Below, one piece after another: positions 8,536 through 16,205 of a stretch of DNA of 16,205 nucleotides (position 1 is the stretch's first letter; each line of letters begins with the position of its first letter). Both the position numbers and the translations under genes were made by a program. The notes under the pieces are model-generated. The model was given only the letters and a program-made list of their open reading frames with translations, was not told the DNA's origin and searched no databases. This DNA comes from Octopus sinensis. Taxonomy: Eukaryota. The DNA lies in the NCBI RefSeq assembly GCF_006345805.1, contig NW_021825251.1:1-16205 (forward strand), in the 5' to 3' direction.

Positions 8536-8586
8536 TGTGTGTTATATATATATATTTATATATATATATATATATAATATATTTAT

Positions 8587-8645
8587 GGCGGTGCTCCAGC
8601 ATGGCCACAGCTCGTGAGCTGAAACTAGATAAAATATAAAAATAA
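8587..8645 (+). mobile_element. Orphan 3' tail of the CR1/L2-type LINE (or of a SINE that uses that tail)
   Basis: GGCGGTGCTCCAGCATGGCCACAGCTCGTGAGCTGAAACTAGATAAAATATAAAAAT: 32/45 identical to LINE end 2988-3032; first 20 nt identical to the SINE-A tail (reverse complement of 5869-5888). Confidence 0.8.
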
Positions 8646-8866
8646 CAATGATGACGGTGACGAGGAAGATGACGACGATGATGACAACAACGACGGTGAC
8701 AATGATGAAGATAATGTTGATGATAGTGGTAGTGGTGGTCGTGGCGGTGATGGTGATGGTGATGTTGGTGGTGGTAATGATGATGACGATAATGATGGTG
8801 ATGATGATGATGATGATGATGATGACTACGGCAATGTTGACAACGATGAATATGATCTAGACGACA
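8641..8866. repeat. Degenerate (GAT/GGT/GAC/AAT)n trinucleotide tract
   Basis: Strict 3-nt periodicity over about 225 nt, with a pure (GAT)n run near 8800-8824. Confidence 0.95.
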
Positions 8867-9014
8867 GCTCATATCGATGCCTTTTATTTAATGAAGCTAA
8901 CATAAGCCATATGCTGGAAGCTGTCAGCGAATGCTTGAAGTTATAACGGAGAGTATAATGATAGTAACTAAGGGTGATATGTGAACAAGAAAAAAAAACA
9001 AAAAAAAAAATCCC

Positions 9015-9326
9015 GCACTCCTTCGTTTACGTCGACGACGACGATGGCATTTTGATCAACAGAACAGCCTGCTCGTGAAATCAACATGCTAGTGGCTGAA
9101 CACTCCACAGACACGTGTACCCTTAACGTAGCTCTCAAGGTGATTCATTTTAAACAGAATGTGGCACCGCTGGCCCGTTTGAATTACAGGTACAACTCAT
9201 TTTCGTAGATGCGTTAACTGGAATAACGTGAAAGAAAGTGGCTTTCTCATGTACACAAAATGCCGCCAGGAATCGAACTCTCGACTATACGATCGTGAGC
9301 TGAATACCTTAAACACGAAACCACGT
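9015..9326 (-). mobile_element. tRNA-headed SINE family C, near full length, decayed
   Basis: Minus strand has A-box-like TGGTTTCGTGTTTAAGG (9323-9307), B-box GTTCGATTCC (9278-9269), TGAGAAAGCCACTTTCTTTCACG body, and 3' part CTACGTTAAGGGTACACGTGTCTGTGGAGTG...TTTCACGAGCAGGCTGTTC...GGAGTGC. I recognise the 3' part from octopus repeats (memory, unverified). Confidence 0.75.
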
Positions 9327-9327
9327 A

Positions 9328-9732
9328 TACTCTTTACTCTTTACTCTTTTACTTGTTTCAGTCATTTACTGCGGCCATGCTGGAGCACCGCCTTTAGTCG
9401 AGCAAATCAACCCCGGGACTTATTCTTGTTAAGCCAGTACTACTTATTCTCGGTGTCTTTTTTGCCGAAACCGCTAAGTGACGGGACGTAAACACACCAG
9501 CATCTGTTGTCAAGCAATGCTAGGGGGGACAACACAGACACACAAACAACACACATATATATATAACATATATATACAGGCTTCTTTCAGTTTCCGTCTA
9601 CCAAATCCACTCACAAGGCTTGGTCGGCCCGGGGCTATAGCAGAACACTTGCCCAAGATGCCACGCAGTGGGACTGAACCCGGAACCATGTGGTTGGTTA
9701 GCAAGCTACTTACCACACAGCCACTCCTGCCC
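9328..9732 (-). mobile_element. Full-length SINE-A abutting the head of SINE-C
   Basis: Reverse complement begins GGGCAGGAGTGGCTGTGTGGTAAG, B-box-like GGTTCAGTCCC, short internal (TA)(TG) tract at about 9535-9575, tail with (AAGAGTA)x3 at 9348-9328. Confidence 0.96.
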
Positions 9733-9801
9733 TATATTCTATTTAACAAGCAACAAGGTACATAACATGAATAAAATCTGTCTAATGAAATATTCAGGTA
9801 A

Positions 9802-10560
9802 CATAGGCCATGTGAGATTCAATTGTATTTGACCTGCGAAGTGAACAAGTGAAATGACTGACATGTTCCGGCATTTTTACATTGATTTTCCCGACACTTA
9901 AGAACATGGCTGACCGTCCCTCTATCTGACCATCTCTTTATTAACTTGCATATTTAAAGTTACTTACGATGATGATATGCGTTTGCAATTTTAGGCATCA
10001 TTACAATTCCTCAATGAAGAATATTCTGATGTGACATGACTATGAGTAAATAACAGGTATGGAAAGTGGGTTAGTGCAGTAGATAAAGATGATTATGATT
10101 ATTAAAAAAAATAGCTGATTGTATATTTCACTATTTGCGCATTCAAGCTTACTGTTGATAATAATATTTTTTCGCAACATATATGTTTTGGCATTTTCAC
10201 GCCTCCTCAGTGATGAATATTTGTATTTGACAAAAGTAAAAGTTTTCAATATATAGGGAACGGAAACGAATGCAGTGTAGTTAATTATTAACACCAACAA
10301 AATGCCTGCTTGTCTGTCTAACTACTTATTAATCAAACTTACTGGAGATGATGAATGGGCAAGTTTCGAGATTACTACGCCTCCTCAGTGAAGCATATTC
10401 TTATTTGACAAGATTAAGTGTTTTCGATATGTACAGAAAGAGAAGAAATGTAGCGAAGATGATTATGAAAACCGACAAAATGATAATCTCACTAACTATT
10501 TGTTTATTCAAACTCTCTGGGGTTGATAATGTGTATTTGTTTACCGCCATTTCCCTGTAA
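9802..10560. repeat. Diverged tandem array of four ~180-200-bp units
   Basis: Units start at about 9802, 10004, 10200 and 10378. Units 3 and 4 align ungapped over 105 nt (from 10200 and 10378) with 25 differences. TTGTATTTGAC recurs at 9823 and 10221. Unit ends share TGC..ATT.AA..TTACT...GAT.AT.ATAT...GCAA...TTT.GGCAT. Confidence 0.8.
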
Positions 10561-10934
10561 CAATTTATCTAAAATTTCTGTAGGTCGCTCTTTTATAAAT
10601 GGCATACAATTTAATCGATTTTTTTTTCACTCTTTCACTAAATATCCACTACCTACATTACAATATCAGTCTATTTAAGAACATATATATGCATATATAA
10701 ACTTACATAAATACATATCGATCTATGTATCATAATAACGTATATGCACTATTGCAACGGCACTTAAAAGTAGATACACATACATGTGTATACATTTATA
10801 TGATAATGTCCTTCTCTCAACCACGCGCTCGTTCAAGAATTACTTTTCATTTGTCTCTTCACTAAAGAAAACAAGCAGCCGTAATTCGTGTAAATAAGGT
10901 ATATGTACAATACCATTCGATATTCATAAGAAGT

Positions 10935-10953
10935 ATATGTATATATACGTATG

Positions 10954-11003
<50 letters not shown>

Positions 11004-11370
11004 ATATATATATATATATATATATATGTAGATGTATATGTCAAATAGATAAATGCATTAAAATTCGTAAGTATTCATATATAGAAGCACACACAGTCGA
11101 ACACATACAATCATAGACACTTATAGATACCTTCCTCTCTCTCTCTATACTATATGCTCGTGAGGGTTCTCGCAAATATTATTCTCATTGTCAAGGAATC
11201 AAAATGCACTACTTTATTTATATAAGCTCCCACCTTAGCACTTGCCTACCTGCCTTATTATATATTTATATATATATATATATCTATATTATATATATAT
11301 ATGTATTATATACGTATATATGTATATATATATATATGTATATATGTATATATATTTATATATATATATG
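10935..11370. repeat. (TA)n tracts (10935-11035, 11258-11370) and a short (CT)n (11133-11147)
   Basis: Seen directly. Confidence 0.95.
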
Positions 11371-11694
11371 TGTGTGGGGGGTGAGGCGTCGCGGGATATG
11401 CATAAGTAATTATCTATGAATGTAGCTATATAAATAGCCTGCTTTGTACACTATATGTATGCATCTGTGTTTGTAAGTAGGGAAACGTGAGTTATATACA
11501 AGAATAGACACGGATACAATATATACTGCTTAAAACCCTTAAATATAATGGGTTTAAACAACGCCACAACACTTTCAAACGCAAATAAGTAATCAGGCAA
11601 TGTATTCAAACAGACATGTATATAACTTGCCATACACACCATAGCAGAGTACATATTTGTATATATAGCTGAAATTTATAGAAAAGCGAATGAT

Positions 11695-11856
11695 GAAGAC
11701 AGGTGTATAAACAACAAGCAATTGTATTAGTTTGACGCTCGGGAAAATGAAAAAGTCTTTTACGTTTCGAGCCTACGTTCTTCAACAGATAGAAATAAGA
11801 GAGAATAAACAAAGAGAGAATGAGAAAAAAACTTGTAGATTGCAGCGGTCCAGCAT
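11695..11856 (-). mobile_element. Probable Penelope-like retroelement terminal (pLTR) fragment
   Basis: Minus strand CTGTTGAAGAACGTAGGCTCGAAACGTAAAAGACTTTTTC...GAGCGTCAAAC has the CTG.NGA-A-stem-GAAACG layout typical of Penelope-like element termini. No RT or GIY-YIG ORF is visible. Confidence 0.6.
11734..11788 (-). ncRNA. Degenerate type-I hammerhead-ribozyme-like motif
   Basis: Core-like CUGUUGA (11788-11782), extra A, stem II GAAC-GUAG-GCUC (3 of 4 paired), GAAA (11768-11765), stem III ACGU/GCGU, GUC triplet with C at 11734. Stem I is nearly absent and the core has A-to-U at the conserved A6 position. Confidence 0.4.
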
Positions 11857-11881
11857 CAGGGGTGTTTGTGTGGTAAGTAGC
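11857..11881 (+). mobile_element. 25-bp SINE-A head fragment
   Basis: CAGGGGTGTTTGTGTGGTAAGTAGC is 22/25 identical to the head of the 5828-6249 copy (CAGGAGTGGCTGTGTGGTAAGTAGC). Confidence 0.7.
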
Positions 11882-12052
11882 ATCGGCTGTCTAGCGAGGT
11901 TGTGTGTGCGTGTCGGGCGCCAAACAACAGCCACAAAAACAGTTAATCCACATACATATATATACATGTACATATATATATGTATAATATATATATATAC
12001 ATATATATATATATACCTTATATATATATATATAGATATATATATATATATA

Positions 12053-12097
<45 letters not shown>

Positions 12098-12292
12098 GTA
12101 TATATGTATAGATGTATATATCATATATACGAGGGACTTCTTTCAGTTTCCGTCTACCAAATCCACTCACAAGGTTTTGGTCGGCCCGAGGCTATAGTAA
12201 ACGACACTTGCCCAAGGTGCCACGCAGTGGGACTGAAACCGGAACCATGTGTTTGTTAAACAAGCTACTTACCACACAGCCACTCCTGCGCC
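11879..12292 (-). mobile_element. 3'-truncated SINE-A with an expanded internal (TA)n (11950-12127)
   Basis: 12128-12292 is a well-preserved 5' half (GGCGCAGGAGTGGCTGTGTGGTAAG...). 11879-11940 (AGCATCGGCTGTCTAGCGAGG...AACAGCCACAAAAAC) matches the post-microsatellite segment of the other minus copies, such as 5994-6040. Confidence 0.88.
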
Positions 12293-12720
12293 TACCTATT
12301 CTATGTATATATTTCTTACCCGCTTGTATGTGTATATTTATATGCACGTGATTGTCTGCACGTGTGCGTGTTACTGCACATGCATGTATATTTGGGATGA
12401 ACTGTTAATTAAAAACGCTGGGGTTGCCAAAAAAAAAACATGTCATAGCAAAGATAAAAAATCAATAGCTGTACAAATCGATAGTCAACGTGATCCTAAT
12501 TATACACAGAAACAGCATGTCTGAGAATATAAGACTGTGAATAGTCATCTACATGCATACGAATATGTACGTATGTAAAGAAACACACACATGGTTACCT
12601 TCCCTTAGAAACGCCTCGCAAACACGTTCAAATATATTTCCAATGAAACTGTTATATATATATGAAAATATTTGCCATGTGAAAGCTTATACTTTTATCG
12701 TTATTTTCGTTTTCTTCTAG

Positions 12721-12897
12721 TCTTTTACTTGTTTCATTTATTTGACCGCGGCCATGCCGAGGCACCACCTTTAGTCAAACAAATCGACCCCAGGTCTTAT
12801 TCTTTGTGAACCTATTACTTATTCTATCGATTTCTTTTGCCAACATCGGTTGTCAAGCAATGGTGGGGGGGGGGAAAACACAGACACACACACATAT

Positions 12898-12929
<32 letters not shown>

Positions 12930-13090
12930 TATGTGTGTGTGTGTGTGTGTGTATACACGACGAGTATCATTCAGTTTCCGCCTACCAAATCCAATCACAA
13001 GTCTCTAGTCGGCCCGAAGCTATAGTAGAAAACACTTGACCAGTGTGACTGAAACCGGAACCATGTGGTTAGTAAGCATGCTTCTTACTC
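12721..13090 (-). mobile_element. Decayed SINE-A with two internal deletions
   Basis: Tail CTTTTACTTGTTTCA...GCGGCCATGCCGAGGCACCACCTTTAGTC; about 30 nt missing near 12841; internal microsatellite at 12880-12955; about 12 nt missing near 13041; head decays at about 13090. Confidence 0.9.
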
Positions 13091-13104
13091 CCTACCCCTC
13101 CCTC

Positions 13105-13121
13105 CACATGTTCATGTATAT

Positions 13122-13173
<52 letters not shown>

Positions 13174-13205
13174 GTATATATATATATAATATATATATAT
13201 ACACA
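13105..13205. repeat. (CA)n(TA)n microsatellite
   Basis: Seen directly. Confidence 0.95.
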
Positions 13206-13691
13206 AATATGAGAGAGAATCCACTATGTGGACGCTCTTGTCTTCCTCTATCTCTCTCTCTCTCACCCCTCCTCATCTTTGTCTTGTCACTGCTAGCCAA
13301 AACTACTTCCTTCACACATCACACGCGCTTCAAACTGTAAAGACACACATCTGTGTTCCCATGCGCTGCTAGAATCTCCTCGTCTAAGCCAGAAAAAAGC
13401 CTTTTCGTTTGTTTTCTTGTTTCTTTTTTATTTCTCGTATTGTATTTTCTTGTACATGTATTTTTATCTTGTATTTTATTTTGTAGTTTTATTTGTATCG
13501 TTTTTACGTCTTGTTTGTGTTACATTTTTTCTTGCTTGTGTTTACCCCTCTGCGAGGTAATTTTATTTTAATTCTCTCGCAGGAAGGATTTGTTTGACGA
13601 GTCGTGTTCTGTCTTGCCTTCGAAACACGCTGGAGTCGAACTAGTGACAGCTGATGATAGGGGATTTTTCCTTGTGTAGTATGTCCTGTAT

Positions 13692-13816
13692 TCTGTTTTT
13701 CTGTTGTAAAAAAAATGGTTTTTCCGTTTTCGTTTCTCGTTGAGTTCCACGTCTCTGTTTTTCTGTTGTAAAAAAAATTGGTCTTTCCTTTTTCGTTTCT
13801 CGTTGAGTTCTACGTC
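13692..13816 (+). repeat. Recent 62/63-bp tandem duplication
   Basis: Units 13692-13753 and 13754-13816 differ by one T indel and three substitutions. Confidence 0.95.
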
Positions 13817-13834
13817 TAGTTGTGGTGTCCTGTA

Positions 13835-14110
13835 CTCACGTATATATATTTATATATGCATGTATATATACATGTAGATGTAGGTACGTACATATATGTT
13901 TGTATGTATGCATATATTTTATTTATTACACTATTGTTTGACAGCGCCTTCGCGTCAGTTCGATTCGATTCGTTTGCTTCGTTCCGTTCTTTATTCTCCC
14001 AGTACTGTTTTATGTATATATATATATATTATGTATATATATATGTATATATGTATATATGTATTATGTATATATTTATGTATATATATATATTATGTAT
14101 ATATATATGC
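13835..14110. repeat. (TA)n/(TATG)n tracts flanking a short degenerate TTCGA/TTCGT pentamer run (about 13959-13988)
   Basis: Seen directly. Confidence 0.85.
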
Positions 14111-14169
14111 GAATGGTTTTTTATTAGAGTGCCGTGATTCACAATCCTGCAAATAATAATAATGGTATG

Positions 14170-14353
14170 TTTTATATAAGCGTAAAGCTTATGGCGATCA
14201 ACGTGGAATGACTAAGGAAAATAGTCTAATAAAGGAGCATACAAGCCTTCGACAGAAAACCTTTTTTCTGTCGAGGGCTTACAAGCCGCTTTATTAGACT
14301 ATTTTCCTTAGGCATTGCACGTTGATCGCCATATGTTTTAAGCTTATATAAAA
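14170..14353. repeat. 184-bp near-perfect palindrome (foldback element, candidate palindromic MITE)
   Basis: Two 90-nt arms (14170-14259 and 14264-14353) around a 4-nt loop CCTT, with no gaps. 79/90 positions are Watson-Crick complementary, plus 2 G-U. Perfect blocks of 12, 16 and 23 bp. Confidence 0.97.
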
Positions 14354-14370
14354 ATTATATATATATATAA

Positions 14371-14673
14371 GTAGCAGTATCGCCCGGCGTTGCTCGGGTT
14401 TGTAAGGGAAATAACTATATAAGCATTTTTAGAGAGTTACTTCCCTTATATAATAGCAAAAAATGCATTAAAAATGGGAAAAAATCATGGTAAATTTTTT
14501 TAAAATCGTAGACTCATTGTAGACGCGCGCTAATACCCAGAAGGGATTGATATAAATCACGACTATAAGATACCCGCTTTTGGTTAAACTGCACCGCAAA
14601 ATGTGGGAGTAGTTAGGAATCTAAATCGTAGGAGACAGACACTCACACAACTTCACTTTTATATATATAAAGA
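14371..14673 (-). mobile_element. Non-autonomous Helitron (303 bp)
   Basis: Minus strand starts A|TC (TC at 14673-14672) TTTATATATATAAAAGTGAAGTTGTGTGAGTGTCTGTC and ends with hairpin CCCGAGCAACGCCGGG (14398-14383), an 8-nt spacer and CTAC|T (one change from canonical CTAG). Inserted between A and T with no TSD, as established for Helitrons. Confidence 0.85.
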
Positions 14674-15141
14674 TTGCCATTACTCTAATCGTATCCTATT
14701 GTTATATATCATACCATATTGTGTTTCTAGCGAGGAGTGCTGCGGAAGTTTAGAATCAGAACTAAACGTTATGGAGTGCTATGAAATAGGATCCAGAATC
14801 CATATATATTTATCATTCTCTTGAAACTCGTTTCGGAGATTTATTTCGTGATGAATTGTGCCGTCTAATCTCTATTCTATTTCTATATAGCTTCCGTAAT
14901 TGATATCAAAGAACACAAGATCTGACAAATCCCGCCAAAACCATTCAATCTTGATTCAGCCTGTTGATGCAACTAATGGCTATTTTCTCCACCACTTTTA
15001 AATCCTACTCAATCTCGCTACTCCCGGACATGCTTACGTAAGCAATATATTTGCTTCGCTTCACTTTGACAAAAACGAGAGAAGGCGACGAATACAACGC
15101 TTTATATATCATCAGTAATCTATCAACCTACCCATAAATAA

Positions 15142-15144
<3 letters not shown>

Positions 15145-15194
<50 letters not shown>

Positions 15195-15520
15195 CATACA
15201 TACACGCATATATCTATCTATCTACCTATATATATACTCACAACACATATATAAATACATTCATACACGCATACACACATGCACATATATAGATATATAT
15301 ATTTTTAAATACATCCACATACATATGTATCTTCATACATCCTACACACACACACACACACACAATATATATATATATATATATATATATACATTTACAT
15401 ATACATATACACAGACACACACACACACATATATATTTGTGAATATATGTGTTTCTATACATGATGTCCGTCGATTTTTAAATCTATGCACATGCACAAT
15501 CTGATATATATATATATATA
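15145..15520. repeat. Compound (TA)n/(CA)n microsatellite field
   Basis: Seen directly. Confidence 0.95.
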
Positions 15521-16205
15521 CGGGGGGAAGTGAGAGAAAGGCTGATTAAACCTCTAGTGATTGATTGAAATGAAATGGACAGCTTCCCTACCGTCGTTTT
15601 CCTCCTCCCACTCTAATGGGCCCCCACCCTCTCATTCGCAAATCCTCCTCCTCCCCCATGCTTCTGTCCGTCGTATCAGTTACGCGCTATCCCGCGTATC
15701 ATTAGGTCTTTCTAATAGACCTACGGTGAACAAAAGTCATGTGTTGCTATGAACCATCTTCCAGTGAAACAGGAAATATATTTGAACAATCCATCGGTGA
15801 CAACATCCCTTGTTTTATACGAATCTGATAATGGTGTTGCTGTTGTTGATGGAAGTGATTAGAGGTGGTGATGAGTGCGATGATAAAACTGAAAATCTTC
15901 CTTTTTGGTTCAAGAACTTCTATTAAGCACCATGTCAATAAAACGATCTCCTACTGGTATTGTGTATTAAATGATTTATTGACTAATACTACTTTCTTCC
16001 ATGAAAATGTTTGCCAAGAATCATTGGCCCTGTCTTTTTCTCATGGGGCACACAGAAATGTCTAGTCCTAAATTCTTATTTCTCTCCTTACTGTAAACAG
16101 ACATTTGAAATTGCTTCCCATGATATATGTGTATAAATTCTCATTTTCCCAAATGCCTGTACTTCCTTCTTCTTACCGTACACAAATAATACTTCTCTCC
16201 GTGAT

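Noticed and set aside
8244-8639. 131-aa ORF as an intact gene
   Set aside because: Only the first ~50 aa are transposase. A deletion after LEAV shifts it into the 3' UTR, TIR and (TA)n.
8240-8872. 210-aa minus-strand ORF with poly-His
   Set aside because: It is the antisense reading of the (GAT/GGT)n tract, running on through (TA)n and the antisense transposase.
8629-8946. 105-codon open plus frame encoding an Asp/Gly/Asn-rich peptide reminiscent of acidic biomineralisation proteins
   Set aside because: No start codon before the acidic tract and no credible splice acceptor. It begins inside a retroelement tail, and degenerate GAT-type repeats are stop-free in this frame by construction.
857-9732. 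tRNA genes at the SINE heads
   Set aside because: A/B-box-like motifs are present, but there is no complete cloverleaf; they continue into SINE bodies.
10210-10354. RTGATGA C-box-like motifs in the tandem array, suggesting C/D snoRNAs
   Set aside because: No suitably placed CTGA D-box or terminal stem, and the motif is not kept across units.
10040-10530. Minus-strand translations of the tandem array resembling a transmembrane helix followed by (K/E)Y.SLRRR
   Set aside because: Stops and frameshifts interrupt the units, substitutions show no third-position bias, and AT-rich DNA readily yields I/F/L-rich peptides.
13617-13665. GAAAC...GTC...CTGATGA in type-II hammerhead order
   Set aside because: Stem I cannot form (G opposite G next to the core), and stems II and III are weak. 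The core words are present but the fold is not.
4365-15462. Numerous 60-117-aa ORFs rich in IY, HT, CV or YI repeats
   Set aside because: They are translations of (TA)n, (CA)n and (TG)n microsatellites, which lack stop codons in some frames. No domain content.
15820-16065. Possible host exon(s) near the window end
   Set aside because: Only short ORFs with no recognisable domain or convincing splice-site pair.

Overview
AT-rich, repeat-saturated animal non-coding DNA (intergenic or deep intronic). I find no supportable host-gene CDS, rRNA, tRNA gene or CRISPR array. Most ORFs in the track come from (TA)n/(CA)n/(GAT)n microsatellites; the rest that I can recognise are decayed transposon frames. 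The repeat families resemble ones I recall from octopus (coleoid cephalopod) genomes; this is recognition from memory and needs a BLAST/Dfam check. Contents: about seven full or partial copies of one tRNA-headed SINE with an internal microsatellite (called SINE-A here), fragments of two further tRNA-headed SINE families (B, C), 3' ends of an RTE-type and a CR1/L2-type LINE, an internally deleted DD37D (maT) Tc1/mariner, a non-autonomous Helitron, a hAT-like MITE, and a probable Penelope-like fragment with a degenerate hammerhead-ribozyme-like motif. The structures least explained by these features are a 184-bp near-perfect ungapped palindrome (14170-14353), a ~1.25-kb nested inverted repeat (6251-7499) and a four-unit ~180-200-bp diverged tandem array (9802-10560). 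SINE-A also shares its 3' tail with the CR1/L2 LINE, and the terminal hairpin shows compensatory changes.
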